The notes: a model not told the origin generated them from the letters alone. DNA of 64,000 bases from an uncultured Chloroflexia bacterium (GCA_963768655.1 CAVYIM010000005.1:352001-416000), one strand, 5' to 3'; counted from the stretch's first letter, positions 1 through 10,890 are shown. Made by a program: numbers and translations.

Positions 1-908
1 TAGACGAGCTCCTCGGGCAGCGCCGCTCCGTCGCGCCAGAGGACCCACCCCACGCCTGGGAAGACCAGGCCGTACTTGTGGCCCGAGGTGTTGATGCTCG
101 CGACACGCGGGATGCGGAAATCCCACGGCAGGTCAGGGTCCAGGAAAGGCGCGATCATCCCGCCCGAGGCGCCGTCGACGTGGATCGGGACATCCAACCC
201 GGTCCTCTCCTGGAGACGGTCGAGGGCGGCCGCGATCTCCGCCACGGGTTCGTAGCTGCCGTCGAAGGTCGATCCAAGCACGGCGACGACGCCGATCGTG
301 TTCTCGTCGACGAGCTTCACAGCCTCCTCGCCGGTCAGATGGAAACGGTCGCCCGCCATCGGCACCAGCCGTGGCTCGACCTCGAAGTAGTTGGCGAACT
401 TCTCCCAGCAGACCTGGACATTGATGCCCATGACGATGTTCGGCTTGGCGGTCGACTTGCCGGCCGCCCGGCGCTGCTGCTGCCAGCGGCGCTTCAGCGC
501 CAGGCCGCCGAGCATGCACGCCTCCGACGATCCGACGGTCGAGCAGCCGGGGGCCTTGGCCGGATCGGGCGCGTTCCACAGGTCGGCCAGCATCGAGACG
601 CAGCGGTGCTCGATCTCCGCCGTCTGCGGGTATTCGTCCTTGTCGATCATGTTCTTGGGCAGGCATTCGGCCATCAGCATGCCCACCTCGGGTTCCATCC
701 ACGTGGTCACGAAGGTAGCCAGGTTCTGGCGGGCGTTGCCGTCGAGCATCAGCTCGTCGTGGATGATCTGGTAGGCCGCGGCCGAGGACATTTCGCCGCT
801 GGGCAGCCGCCTGGCGGGAATGGGCGCCATCACGGAACCCTGGGCGAAGAGCGGGTTGACCGACAGGTGCTCGGCGCCGCCCCGGCGACGGTGGCTCGAA
901 CCCAACAT
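1..908 (-). CDS. gadB: Glutamate decarboxylase (PLP-dependent), 3' end outside window
   Basis: Manual minus-strand translation (not in the ORF track): [72 protein letters not shown] (PLP lysine). ATG at 908 follows GGAGGA; in-frame ATGs also at 923 and 932. Confidence 0.95.
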   Translation of the reverse strand, partial: MLGSSHRRRGGAEHLSVNPLFAQGSVMAPIPARRLPSGEMSSAAAYQIIHDELMLDGNARQNLATFVTTWMEPEVGMLMAECLPKNMIDKDEYPQTAEIEHRCVSMLADLWNAPDPAKAPGCSTVGSSEACMLGGLALKRRWQQQRRAAGKSTAKPNIVMGINVQVCWEKFANYFEVEPRLVPMAGDRFHLTGEEAVKLVDENTIGVVAVLGSTFDGSYEPVAEIAAALDRLQERTGLDVPIHVDGASGGMIAPFLDPDLPWDFRIPRVASINTSGHKYGLVFPGVGWVLWRDGAALPEELV

Positions 909-1037
909 CCGAGGATCCTCCATGTGGCGCATGTGTGGCGCAGCCGGCGCGACATTGGCGCGGCGCCCCGATCGCGTGCCGGAGCGTCCGGCTCCGCTCA
1001 ACGGCAACTCTAGCTGTCACACGGATACCATGGCGCA

Positions 1038-2354
1038 ATGCCAGAGACGATCCCGGCCGCCGAGCCGGCTTCCGCCACCGCCGCCTCGGCCGTCCAGGCC
1101 GCCCCACGCCGGTCGTTGTGGCACCACGCCAACTTCATGAAGCTCTGGCTGGCCGCGACCGTCAGCCTGATGGGCAGCCAGGTCAGCCAGCTGGCGATCC
1201 CGTTCATCGCGACCGTCATCCTGGTTTCGAGCCCTCTGGAAGTGGCCCTGCTCGGCACGGTCGAGATGGCCCCGTTCCTGCTCTTCGCCCTGCCTGCCGG
1301 AGCCTGGCTGGACCGAGTTCGCCGCCGGCCGGTGCTGATTGCCGGAGACTTCGGCCGCGGCCTGGCGCTGCTCACGATCCCGATTGCCTACGCCGCCGGG
1401 GACCTGACCATCTGGCAGCTTTACGCCGTCGGCTTCATCGCCGGTTGCTTGACGGTTCTGTTCGACGTGGCCGACCAGTCGTACCTGCCGGCCCTTTTGG
1501 AGCCCGACTTTCTCATCGAAGGCAATGCCAGGCTGTCGGTGCCACAGGCGGCAGCCCAGATCGTCGGTCCCGGTTTCGGCGGCGGGCTGATCGGGCTGGT
1601 CGGCGCACCGTTCGCCGTCATCGCCGACGCGATCAGTTTCTTCGCGTCGGGCGGGCTGATATCGCTCATCCGTAAGCCCGAGCCGACGCCTGAACGGCTG
1701 GTGGAAACGAGCCTGCGCCAGGAGATTGCCGAGGGCCTGAGATACGTGCTCGGCAACCGCCACCTGCGCATGATCGCCGGGTCCACCGCGACCTCGAACC
1801 TTGGGACGAGCATGGCCTTCGCGATCTTTCCGATCTTCGCCTACCGTGAGCTGGGCCTGAGCGTGACGCTGGTCGGGATCGTCTTCGGGTTGGGCGCCCT
1901 CGGCGTCCTGCTCGGCGCCCTGGTCTCGGCCGGCCTCTCGAAGAGGATGGGCGTCGGACGGGCCATCGTCGGCTCGATGTTCATCACCGGGCCGGCGACG
2001 ATCCTCATCGCGCTGATGCCGTCGAACGTCCCCGTGGCCGCCGCCCTGCTGTTCTGCTCGGTGTTCCTGAGCGGGTTCTCCGCCGTCCTATACAACGTCA
2101 ACCAGGTGAGCTTCCGCCAGGCGATCACGCCCCTCGACCTGCAGGGCCGCATGAACGCAACGATGCGCTTCGTCGTCTGGGGCACGCTGCCGATCGGCTC
2201 GCTCATGGGCGGCGTGCTGGCATCGTTCCTGCCTGTCCGCACGACAATCCTGGTCGGCGCCGCGGTTAGCTCGGCCGCCTTCCTGTGGGTCCTCCTCTCG
2301 CCCGTCCGATCATTGCGCGTAATCCCGAGTGATGGAGTTGCGCCGGCTGGGTGA
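1038..2354 (+). CDS. MFS transporter (DHA3/macrolide-efflux-like)
   Basis: 438 aa, ~12 hydrophobic segments, MFS motif GAWLDRVRRRPVL, C-terminal RQAITPLDLQGRMNA. Confidence 0.9.
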   Translation: MPETIPAAEPASATAASAVQAAPRRSLWHHANFMKLWLAATVSLMGSQVSQLAIPFIATVILVSSPLEVALLGTVEMAPFLLFALPAGAWLDRVRRRPVLIAGDFGRGLALLTIPIAYAAGDLTIWQLYAVGFIAGCLTVLFDVADQSYLPALLEPDFLIEGNARLSVPQAAAQIVGPGFGGGLIGLVGAPFAVIADAISFFASGGLISLIRKPEPTPERLVETSLRQEIAEGLRYVLGNRHLRMIAGSTATSNLGTSMAFAIFPIFAYRELGLSVTLVGIVFGLGALGVLLGALVSAGLSKRMGVGRAIVGSMFITGPATILIALMPSNVPVAAALLFCSVFLSGFSAVLYNVNQVSFRQAITPLDLQGRMNATMRFVVWGTLPIGSLMGGVLASFLPVRTTILVGAAVSSAAFLWVLLSPVRSLRVIPSDGVAPAG

Positions 2355-2516
2355 CGCGCCCGCCACCGATTCGGAACGGCCACCCTTCCAGCGGGCCCTC
2401 CGAACCGGCCTGGGAGCGAAGCGTGAGACAGATACGCCGATTCAGACCCTGCCGCCGAGTCGGCGCGTATTCCCTGTGAGCCCCTCGATGGAGGGGAACA
2501 TAGCCGGAAGGAAACC

Positions 2517-3101
2517 ATGCGTCCCACCAATCGATTGATCTCGCTCGCGGGGGTCTCGGCCGCCGCACTCCTCTTCGTCGCGGCCTGCTCCTCGGCCGCC
2601 GCCACTCCCCTGGATTCCTTCCAGGGCGCCACCGCTACTCCCGCGATGGCAACTGAGAGTGCCATGGCGCCGGCAACCAGCCCGGCCGCCACCGGCCTCA
2701 CGATCGGCGTCACGAACGATCCCACGCTGGGTGCGTACCTCACCGGGTTGAATGGGATGACGCTTTACGTCTTCAAGAACGACACGCCGGACACGTCCAG
2801 CTGCACCGGCACCTGCGCCACGAATTGGCCGCCACTGACGGTCGCGGCCGGTACCGCGATCGTCCCGCCGGCCGGCGCCACCGGCACGTTCAGCCTGATC
2901 ACCCGGCCCGACGGGACGATGCAGGTCGCTTACGACCACCAGCCGCTCTACTACTACGCCGGCGACTCCGCGGCCGGTGACACGAACGGCCAGGGCCTCT
3001 CGGGCAAGTGGTTCGTCGCGCCCCTCACGTCGAGCGGCGCCTCGGGGTCGCCCGCGGCAGCCACGCCCGCTGCTACGGCCAGCACAAACTCCGGGTACTG
3101 A
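2517..3101 (+). CDS. Secreted repeat lipoprotein (COG4315/Lipoprotein_15-like)
   Basis: Lipobox FVAA-C; motifs GMTLYVFKND, CTGTCATNWPP, QVAYDHQPLYYYAGD, GQGLSGKWF; RBS GAAGGA. Confidence 0.85.
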   Translation: MRPTNRLISLAGVSAAALLFVAACSSAAATPLDSFQGATATPAMATESAMAPATSPAATGLTIGVTNDPTLGAYLTGLNGMTLYVFKNDTPDTSSCTGTCATNWPPLTVAAGTAIVPPAGATGTFSLITRPDGTMQVAYDHQPLYYYAGDSAAGDTNGQGLSGKWFVAPLTSSGASGSPAAATPAATASTNSGY

Positions 3102-3135
3102 TTCGAGGGCGGCCGTGCCGCCTGAACCGCCATCC

Positions 3136-3172
3136 GAACCCGTCGGCCGGAAGGCCGGCGGGTTCTTCGTTC
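3136..3172 (+). terminator. Intrinsic terminator-like hairpin between convergent genes
   Basis: GAACCCGTCGGCC-GGAA-GGCCGGCGGGTTC followed by TTCGTT. Confidence 0.7.
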
Positions 3173-3479
3173 ACAGAATGCGCACGTCGTGCTGCGCGCG
3201 AGCCCGGCTGAGCTCTTCCGGGGTCAGCGTCGCCGGGTCCACCCAGCCAACCAGGGTCCAGTGGTTTCCGACCGGGCAGCGCTGGAAGCGCACGCGACCC
3301 AGCCTGACGGCCTTGAGCGAAGCTCCGGGCACGACTGTGGACGTGAAGAGGTGTCCGGAACGGCAGCGCGCGATCCGCTCGAAGCGGTCGCCCGAACGGG
3401 CGCCAGCCACGAGCAGGACGGCCACGACGGCGATCAAGACCACCAACCCGAGAACCAACCCGAGAACCAACCCGTACAT
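3171..3479 (-). CDS. Small membrane-anchored hypothetical protein with Cys/His motifs
   Basis: 102 aa, N-terminal TM helix, RCRSGH...RCPVGNHW; RBS GGAGAGAG. Confidence 0.75.
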   Translation of the reverse strand: MYGLVLGLVLGLVVLIAVVAVLLVAGARSGDRFERIARCRSGHLFTSTVVPGASLKAVRLGRVRFQRCPVGNHWTLVGWVDPATLTPEELSRARAQHDVRIL

Positions 3480-3552
3480 CCAACTCTCTCCTGGCCGCCC
3501 TATCTAGACCTCTTGACAAAGGCTACGCCCGGGACACGAAAGCTGCCCGCCG

Positions 3553-3608
3553 CTGCCACCTGCCGCCTGCCACCTGCCGCCTGCCACCTGCCGCCCGCCG
3601 CCTGCCGA
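3553..3608. repeat. Heptamer tandem repeat (CTGCCAC/CTGCCGC) x8
   Basis: Read directly from intergenic sequence. Confidence 0.9.
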
Positions 3609-3731
3609 CCGCGCGGAGGCGGCGATAGAACCCGCGCTGCCGCGCCAGCCACGTGTCGGGCGTCCGGCCAGTCGATCCTCGCCAGCGGTCGGCCCCAGCC
3701 CCGAAGAGGGCCGACCGCCCAGGGAGGCCTC

Positions 3732-4535
3732 TCAGGGAAACAGCACCTTCGCGAAAGCCTCGGCGATGGCGCGGTAGCCGCGGGCATTGGCGTGGGGGTC
3801 GGGCCCGAGCGGCGGCGGCGAACCGGCCCAGGTCCACTCGTGGATCCGGGCCACGTTTAGCGGGACCGGACCGAAGCCCTCCAGCGTCACGATCGTCTCG
3901 AAATCGGACGTTGCAAAGGCCCCCTCCACGTCCGCGACATCGAGCCCCGCGGCGGCGTACATGGCGGCCAGGCCGGCGTTGATGGGCAGCACGCCCTCGT
4001 ATACCGACGTTCGGGCCAGAGCCTGCCCTTCGGGCCCATTGACCCAGTCCGCCAGGAACGGATCGTAGATCGTCATTCCCACGACTGGCGTATCGGGACC
4101 AGCGGCATCCCTCAGGGTTTCCAGAATACCTGGCAAGTTCCGTGCCACCGCCTCCAGCCCCGGCGCAATCCCCGCCAGATCGCGGCTCGGGAAGTCATTG
4201 AAGCCAATGTCGAGGGTGACGAAGGCGACCTCGCCTCGATGGCTTCGCAGGAAGTTGACCGCTTCGGCGAGCTGATTCCCCCGCGGGTACGCGAACAGGC
4301 TGCCGTCGAGCATCGTGGCGGTCGATTCGCCCGGGTAGCCGAGCTTCACGACGCGCAGATCCGGCAGCCGCTGGCGCGCGAGCGCGACGAGCTGATCCGA
4401 GTAGCCCTCGTCTGTCCGGAACTGGAGGTTCTCCGGACCGATCGGCTGAACCCCGGTCGACAGCGAGTCGCCCAACGACAGGTAGAAGCACGGTTCGGGT
4501 TCGCCCGAGGTGACAAGCCGGCGCGAGCTGCCCAA
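3732..4535 (-). CDS. SGNH/GDSL hydrolase
   Basis: YLSLGDSLS, LGYPGEST, DIGFNDF, DPHANARGY blocks. Confidence 0.9.
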   Translation of the reverse strand: MGSSRRLVTSGEPEPCFYLSLGDSLSTGVQPIGPENLQFRTDEGYSDQLVALARQRLPDLRVVKLGYPGESTATMLDGSLFAYPRGNQLAEAVNFLRSHRGEVAFVTLDIGFNDFPSRDLAGIAPGLEAVARNLPGILETLRDAAGPDTPVVGMTIYDPFLADWVNGPEGQALARTSVYEGVLPINAGLAAMYAAAGLDVADVEGAFATSDFETIVTLEGFGPVPLNVARIHEWTWAGSPPPLGPDPHANARGYRAIAEAFAKVLFP

Positions 4536-4653
4536 AACAGGATCTCCAGATCAGTTTCGGCCGAGCCTAGCAGGCGGGCGCGGAGATTGGTGTCGGCTGC
4601 AAGACAGCACTGCCCGGGAACGCGGACGCGCTGCAGCGGCCATACTTTCGGAC

Positions 4654-5997
4654 ATGACGACGGCACTCGGGCTGGACGATCTCGGCCGCCCCACGCGGCC
4701 CCTGCCCGTCACTCACCTCGTTCGAATCTCGCTCTACTGGCTGGGCATCTCGACGGTCTGGAGCGGGATCGTGGACATCGTGAATGGGCGCCTGCAGTTC
4801 GCCGGCCTCGTTCCCAAGGGCAGCGAGGGCATCGGGGCGTTCGAGATCTCACTCCTCGGAATGGTGATCGCGATAGTCGTCCAGCCGACCGTCGGCACCA
4901 TCAGCGACTACACGATCAGCCGTTGGGGACGCCGCAAGCCGTACATCTTCGTCGGCTCCGCCCTGGACGTGGTCTTCCTCGCGGGCGTGGCCACCTCCAA
5001 CTCGGTCGCGGCCATCGCGGCCTTCGTGGCCCTGCTCCAGTTCAGCTCCAACTTCTCCCAGGGCCCGTTCCAGGGCTACGTGCCGGATCTCGTCCCGGCC
5101 AAGCAGGTCGGGCTCGCCTCGGGCCTGATCGGCCTCTTCCAGGCGTTGGGCAACATCACCGGCTACGTGATCGCGGCTCTCGCCGTAACGCTGAGCTCCG
5201 TCGACCCCAACGCCTTCCTGTACGGGACGCTGGCCCTCGGCGTCGTCGAGTTCACCTCGATGCTCGGCGTCGTCCTCCGGGTCCACGAGGGCGACCGCGT
5301 CAAGTCGCGCAACGGCCGCTCATGGCTGTCGATCGCGGCCGAGGCCTGGGGCTCGGATCTCCTTCGCGAGACCAGCTTCCTGTGGCTCGTGGGCTCGCGA
5401 TTCTTCGTCCTGGCCGGGGCCGCCTTCTTCCCGGCGTTCAGCACCTTCTACCTCGCCCAGGTCTTCGGCATGGACGCCTCGAACACCGGTGAGACCAAGC
5501 TCATCCTCCTGGGCGTCGTGGCCTCCTGCCTGACGCTGGCCGTGCTGCCGGCCAGCCGGCTGTCGGACCACATCGGGCGCAAGCCGGTCATCTACGGATC
5601 CTGCGCCCTGGGCGGGGTCGGGCTGACCATTGGGGCTCTCGCCCCGATTCTGCCGGTGGCGATCCTCGGCGCCAGCCTGTTCGCGGCGTCGGCCGGTTCC
5701 TTCCTGGCAGTCGACTGGGCGCTGATGAGCGAGCTCGTCCCAAAGGCATCCACGGGACGATACATGGGCATCTCGAACGTGGCCACGGCCTCCGCCGGCA
5801 CGTTCACTCTGGCAATCGGGGGAGCGATAGTCATGGACAACGTCAACCGCTGGCTCGGCTACGGAGCGGGACCTCGGGCGGCGCTGCTGCTGGGGGTCGT
5901 GTGCTACATCGTGGGAGCGCTGCTGCTGCTCCCCGTCCAGGAAGCACGACGCGGGGAGACGGTCGAGAAACCCGAGCAGACGGTGCCTCAGGTCTGA
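4654..5997 (+). CDS. MFS transporter
   Basis: ISDYTISRWGRRKPY and RLSDHIGRKPV MFS loops, ~12 TM segments; start moved to ATG 4654, which lies 7 nt after CATACT. Confidence 0.88.
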   Translation: MTTALGLDDLGRPTRPLPVTHLVRISLYWLGISTVWSGIVDIVNGRLQFAGLVPKGSEGIGAFEISLLGMVIAIVVQPTVGTISDYTISRWGRRKPYIFVGSALDVVFLAGVATSNSVAAIAAFVALLQFSSNFSQGPFQGYVPDLVPAKQVGLASGLIGLFQALGNITGYVIAALAVTLSSVDPNAFLYGTLALGVVEFTSMLGVVLRVHEGDRVKSRNGRSWLSIAAEAWGSDLLRETSFLWLVGSRFFVLAGAAFFPAFSTFYLAQVFGMDASNTGETKLILLGVVASCLTLAVLPASRLSDHIGRKPVIYGSCALGGVGLTIGALAPILPVAILGASLFAASAGSFLAVDWALMSELVPKASTGRYMGISNVATASAGTFTLAIGGAIVMDNVNRWLGYGAGPRAALLLGVVCYIVGALLLLPVQEARRGETVEKPEQTVPQV

Positions 5998-6564
5998 TGG
6001 GCCTTCGTCGAGGGGTTTGCCCTCGGCGGCCGACGACGCTGATCTGGGACAACTCGTAGCCCCGCAGCCGGAGGCATGCCGCGGACCCCTGGGCTGACGC
6101 GGCCGGAGCCCACTGAGCCCGACGGGTGGGTAGGGTGCGTAGTCTTCCGTAGGTCGGCCCGCGGCAGTCCGTCATGTGTCCCGATGGACGGCGCCCGGCG
6201 TCAGGCGTCTCATTGCCCGGCTCACCCAAAATGGCCGAGCTTCGATAGCCAGAGACCTACAGATGGGCCGATATCCCCCAAACGGGGCAGCAAGTGTCGC
6301 CCGGCCCGCTCCGATAACCCTCACGGAGACGCCTCTGGGGAGCCTGTGCTCCGCGGCCGCCGGAGGGATCCCGTCGCCCGCGACGTCCGCGGGCGCCCCG
6401 AAGGGCACGGATGCCCGGATGGTGCCGGACCCTCAGCCCCGCTCGTCGGCCGGTCTCGACCCTCGATCCGGGTCGGGCAACCAGCGGACCGGACTCGCCT
6501 CGGCGATACTGCCGCCGGCGTCGAGGTTGCGCACCCGCCTTCGCAACGACCGAGGCGTCGACCG

Positions 6565-8760
6565 ATGAGCCGGGAGCTGGCCCTTCGCCGGCACGGCCTC
6601 TTCCCGGGCGCTGCGGCCCTGGCCCTTCCGGCGGCTCACCGCGGCTGGCGCGATCGGCCCGGCCTGATTCTCCTGATCGGGGGCCTGGCGACGGCCGTTC
6701 TGGCGGCGCTGGAGGTGGCGGGGGTCGGCGGCGAACATAGCGCCGTCATCGGGCTCCATGTCCTTGTGTCGGCCGCCGCGACGACGCTCGCGCTGTCAGT
6801 TCTGGCTCGCCGTCCGCGTTCGGGCGCGCTCCGCCACGGCCCCCTGGCCGCGGCCGCCGCCCTCACGGGCATCGGGATGCTCGTCCTAAACCTCGCGGCG
6901 CCGGCGTTCGGCGTGCCCCCGGCCGCGATCGCGGCGAACGTCCTCTTCATGGCCGGAGCCGCGCTCGCCACGCCAGTGATCGTGGGATCCCTCTACCGCC
7001 GGCTCGAGAGACGCGTCCTCGACATGGCCGCCCTCGACGGCGGCATCATCCTCTTTGCGGGAATCACCCTGATGCTGACCATGCGGCCGACGGACGCGGG
7101 CGTGGAAGGGATCGGCCAGCTGGTAGTCCCGGTGATCGCGGCCGGGTTCATAGCCAGTGCTGGCGTGGCCGCCATCGTCGCCCTGGCCTTGCGCGCCGCC
7201 CCGGCCTTCCGCGGCGTCTGGGCCGGGATCGTCGGCGTTGCGATCCTGGGCGTGTCCTGGATCCTGTGGATCGGCACCGTCCTGCGCGGCCAGTACCGCG
7301 ACACGTCTACCAGCCTGCTCTACTCGATCGGCATCCTGCTCATCGGCTACGCCTGGATGACCTGGAACGAGGACGTCGGCGGCGGCAGGACGTACGACCG
7401 GATCGCTCACGCGCTGGTCGACTGGCTGCCCATCGGTGCCATCCTCATGTGCGTGGTGATGGAAGCCATCCCGCACGGCCGAATCGACGGCATCGATCCA
7501 GCTCCGGTCGGGACTGCCGTCGTGGTGCTACTTTCGATCTCGCGGCAGCGGCTTCTCCTCGTTCGGGAGCGCTGGGCCTCCCACCGACTGGCTGGTGAAG
7601 TGGAGGAGCGGGCCCAGACGATGCTCTCGCTGGCCCGTCTCGAGCAGGCCGAGTCTCTGGAGGCCACGGCCACTCGAGTCTGCGACGAAGCGCTCCATCT
7701 GGATGCGATCGAGTCCGCGTGCGTCTACACCTTCGGGCCGTCAGGCACGGTCGTGCCGCTGGCACTTCGTGGAGCGTTCCGCACCGATGAGAGCGTGGGC
7801 GAGCCCATCGACGAGGGCCGCGCCTTCCATAGGCGGGCCTGCGCGAGCCAGGGAACATGGGTCGACGCTCCCGACCTCGGGAGCAGCCCACCACTCGGTG
7901 AGGCCTTCGCCCCGATGCACTGGGACGACCGCATCGTCGGCGTCGTCGCCATGGGAACGACCAGTCGCGACGATGCTCAACGCCTGACCGAGCGCCTGCC
8001 AATGCTGACCGAGTTCGGCGTAGTCTCCGCCGCGTTGATGGGCCCGACGCTGACTGAGCACTGGCGTATCGCCGGGGTCCGCGAACAGCTCGAACGGGTC
8101 ATCTCCAGCCATGCCTTCACGCCCGTGTTCCAGCCCGTGGTCAGGCTGGAGAGTCGAGAGATCGTCGGCTACGAAGCGCTGACCCGCTTCGCCGACGGCA
8201 CTCGACCCGACAAGCGCTTCCTCGAGGCTCACGCGGCCGGGCTGAGCGTCCGCCTCGAGACGGCCTGCATTGGCGATCAGCTCGAAGCCGCGACGTGGCT
8301 TCTCCAGGGCATCTGGGTCAGTCTCAACATCTCGCCCGCCCTCGCCTCGGCGGTCGTGCCGTTGATCGCGGCCCTCGAGAGAGCAGACCGGGACGTGGTC
8401 CTCGAGATCACCGAGCACGTCGAGATCGCCGACTATCGCCAGCTGGTTGCGGCCCTCGAGCTGGTTCGAGGCCGGGCTCGACTCGCCGTCGACGACGCCG
8501 GCGCCGGCTACGCCGGCCTGAGCCACATTCTCGAGTTGAAGCCACAGTTCGTGAAGCTCGATCTGTCGCTGGTCCGGAACATCGACACGGACCCGGCCCG
8601 TCAGGCGATGGTGGCGGGCATGGCCCACTTCGCCAGCAACTCGGGTTGCGAGCTGATCGCGGAGGGGATCGAGACGCAGGCAGAGCTCGCCGAGCTGATC
8701 CGACTCGGCATCTCGTACGGCCAGGGTTACCTCCTGGGCAAGCCCGGCCCGGTCGTCTGA
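6565..8760 (+). CDS. Multi-TM sensor + GAF + EAL c-di-GMP phosphodiesterase
   Basis: Hydrophobic N-terminal half, GAF-like APMHWDDRIVGVV, EAL motifs GYEALTRF, LEITE, VDDAGAGY, IAEGIET, GQGY. Start at ATG 6565 is inferred. Confidence 0.88.
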   Translation: MSRELALRRHGLFPGAAALALPAAHRGWRDRPGLILLIGGLATAVLAALEVAGVGGEHSAVIGLHVLVSAAATTLALSVLARRPRSGALRHGPLAAAAALTGIGMLVLNLAAPAFGVPPAAIAANVLFMAGAALATPVIVGSLYRRLERRVLDMAALDGGIILFAGITLMLTMRPTDAGVEGIGQLVVPVIAAGFIASAGVAAIVALALRAAPAFRGVWAGIVGVAILGVSWILWIGTVLRGQYRDTSTSLLYSIGILLIGYAWMTWNEDVGGGRTYDRIAHALVDWLPIGAILMCVVMEAIPHGRIDGIDPAPVGTAVVVLLSISRQRLLLVRERWASHRLAGEVEERAQTMLSLARLEQAESLEATATRVCDEALHLDAIESACVYTFGPSGTVVPLALRGAFRTDESVGEPIDEGRAFHRRACASQGTWVDAPDLGSSPPLGEAFAPMHWDDRIVGVVAMGTTSRDDAQRLTERLPMLTEFGVVSAALMGPTLTEHWRIAGVREQLERVISSHAFTPVFQPVVRLESREIVGYEALTRFADGTRPDKRFLEAHAAGLSVRLETACIGDQLEAATWLLQGIWVSLNISPALASAVVPLIAALERADRDVVLEITEHVEIADYRQLVAALELVRGRARLAVDDAGAGYAGLSHILELKPQFVKLDLSLVRNIDTDPARQAMVAGMAHFASNSGCELIAEGIETQAELAELIRLGISYGQGYLLGKPGPVV

Positions 8761-8893
8761 CGCCTGGGCTCGTCACTCGCAGACGAGGCGCTCCAGACAA
8801 GCCCGCACCGCCGGACCGCACGATCGAGCCGGCGCGCCCTGCCCCCGTTGGACGCGTGCCCGCGTCCTCGCGGGGCGTTGTAACCTTCCGATC

Positions 8894-9892
8894 GTGGACG
8901 TGAAGGCCGGCGTCGAACAGGCCACTGGGTCCGAGCAGGGCCTGGGTCAGAGCTTGCTGCCGCTCGAGCCCCAATACCGCGAACGGGTCTGGGGCGGGCA
9001 GCGCCTGCGCGCCTCCGATCCGCCCATCGGCGAGGCCTGGGTCGCCTTCGGGGAGAGCGTCGTGGCGACGGGGCCGCTGGCGGGGCGCAAGCTGGCCGAC
9101 CTGGCCGCGGAGAGCGGCCCGGCGCTGCTTGGTTCGTCTGTCTACGGCCGCTACGGCCGGCGCTTCCCCCTTCTGGCCAAGCTCCTCGACTGCGCCGACT
9201 GGTTGTCGGTCCAGGTCCATCCCAACGACGAGCAGGCCAGGCGAATGGTCGGTCCGGGGGAGTTCGGCAAGACCGAAGCCTGGTTCTTCCTCGAGGCAGA
9301 GCAAGACGCCCGAATCCTGCTCGGAGTCAGACCCGGGACGGCGACGGCCGAGCTTGTGGCCGCGATTCGCGGGGGGCGAGTCGCCGAAGTCGCCGCCACG
9401 GTGCCGGTCCGCGGCGGCCAGGCCGTTCTCATTCCCGCCGGAACGTTGCACGCCCTGGGCCCCGGGCTGCTCCTGTACGAGCTCCAGCAGGAGAGCGACA
9501 CCACTTATCGCGCCTACGACTGGGGCCGGCCGCAGTCGACCGGGCGCAGGCTGCACATCGAGGAATCCGTCCAGGTAACGACGACCGACGAACCGGGCGT
9601 GCCAGCTTCACCTGTCGTCGCAGGACCCACCGGAGTCGCCGACGCCGTCGACTGCCCCTACTTCGATCTGGACCTGGCCCGCGTCGGAGCCGATCCCATG
9701 CCCCTGGACACCAGTGGGCGCAGCTTCCACATCCTGACCGCGACGGAGGGGGCGGTCGAGGTCGAGGCCGGAGCCGAGCTAGTCCGGCTGGCGCGGTTCG
9801 AGACGGCGGTCGTGGCCGGCGGGACCGGCGCCTATCGCGTTCGCGCCGCCGGCGGCTCGGCCGCGCTGCTGAGGGCGTCGGTCCCAGACTGA
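8894..9892 (+). CDS. manA: Type I phosphomannose isomerase (cupin)
   Basis: [56 protein letters not shown]. Confidence 0.88.
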   Translation: MDVKAGVEQATGSEQGLGQSLLPLEPQYRERVWGGQRLRASDPPIGEAWVAFGESVVATGPLAGRKLADLAAESGPALLGSSVYGRYGRRFPLLAKLLDCADWLSVQVHPNDEQARRMVGPGEFGKTEAWFFLEAEQDARILLGVRPGTATAELVAAIRGGRVAEVAATVPVRGGQAVLIPAGTLHALGPGLLLYELQQESDTTYRAYDWGRPQSTGRRLHIEESVQVTTTDEPGVPASPVVAGPTGVADAVDCPYFDLDLARVGADPMPLDTSGRSFHILTATEGAVEVEAGAELVRLARFETAVVAGGTGAYRVRAAGGSAALLRASVPD

Positions 9893-10002
9893 CCCGAAAG
9901 CCGGCCTCTCTGCGCGGCGGCCCGCGCTGCGTGCCGGCCCGATCCGTCGCATCATGGAACGACCACGATCCGTTCTCGCCACAACTACCGCCGGAGGCCA
10001 CG

Positions 10003-10890
10003 ATGCAGGTCGGGCTGCTGATTCCGCAGGGCTGGAAGTACGAGTACAACGGCTGGGACCCGGCCGTGGCCTGGGCCCGGACTCTCGAGCTGGCCCGCCA
10101 GGCCGAGGAGTTGGGGTTCGAATCGGAGTGGGTCTTCGACCACTTCCACACCACGCCGGACCCTCTCGACGAGATCACGTTCGAGTCGTTCACCACGCTC
10201 ACCGCGCTGGCGATGGTGACGTCGCGTGTCCGTCTCGGCCACATGGTGATCTGCAACGGGTTCCGCAACCCAGCGCTCGTGGCCAAGCTGGCCTCCACCC
10301 TCGACGTGGTCAGCGCCGGCCGTTTCGAAGTCGGAATCGGCGGCGGCTGGAAGGAAGACGAGTGGCTGGCCTACGGCTACGGCTTCCCACCGATCGGCGA
10401 TCGCCTCGGCTCCCTCCGCGACGGGCTCGAGATCATCACTCGCATGCTCGCCCCCGGCCACGCCACCTTCGAGGGCAAGTACACGAGCGTCAAGGACGCG
10501 ATCAACGTCCCCAAGGGCATCCAGAAGCCGCGGCCGCCGATCGTGGTCGGTGGCAACGGCACCGAGGTGACCTTCCGCCTTGCGGCCCGCTTCGCCGACG
10601 AACTGAACCTGGTCTTCATCGGGACCGAGAAGGCGGCCGAGCTGATGAAGTTGGCGCGTCAGCGGTGCGAGGAGATCGGGCGCGACCCGGCCACGCTCCG
10701 TATCTCGCTCTACTGCGCCGACGAAGACTCGAGGATGCCCGGCCAGGAGCGTGTCGACTTCATCGGCCGATGTGCCCAGATCGGACTGGATCGCCTCGTC
10801 GCCTTCCCGACCATGCGGCGACCTACGCTGGAGGCGCAGGCGTCCTACGCGGCGGACTGCCGGGCCGCGGGCGTCACGCTGGCGGGCTAG
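10003..10890 (+). CDS. LLM-class (probably F420-dependent) oxidoreductase
   Basis: WVFDHFH, FRNPALVAKLASTLDVVSAGRF, PPIVVGGNG; RBS GGAGG before ATG 10003. Confidence 0.88.
   Translation: MQVGLLIPQGWKYEYNGWDPAVAWARTLELARQAEELGFESEWVFDHFHTTPDPLDEITFESFTTLTALAMVTSRVRLGHMVICNGFRNPALVAKLASTLDVVSAGRFEVGIGGGWKEDEWLAYGYGFPPIGDRLGSLRDGLEIITRMLAPGHATFEGKYTSVKDAINVPKGIQKPRPPIVVGGNGTEVTFRLAARFADELNLVFIGTEKAAELMKLARQRCEEIGRDPATLRISLYCADEDSRMPGQERVDFIGRCAQIGLDRLVAFPTMRRPTLEAQASYAADCRAAGVTLAG

Noticed and set aside
1-2354. Gad acid-resistance pair (decarboxylase + antiporter)
   Set aside because: The adjacent transporter is a divergent MFS efflux-type protein, not an APC-family GadC.
5998-6564. c-di-GMP riboswitch upstream of the EAL gene
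   Set aside because: The GGCAAACC-like motif is on the wrong strand and the downstream consensus is missing.
6176-6568. 130-aa ORF overlapping the EAL gene start (ATGA)
   Set aside because: Low-complexity composition, no clear RBS or motif; cannot be supported.
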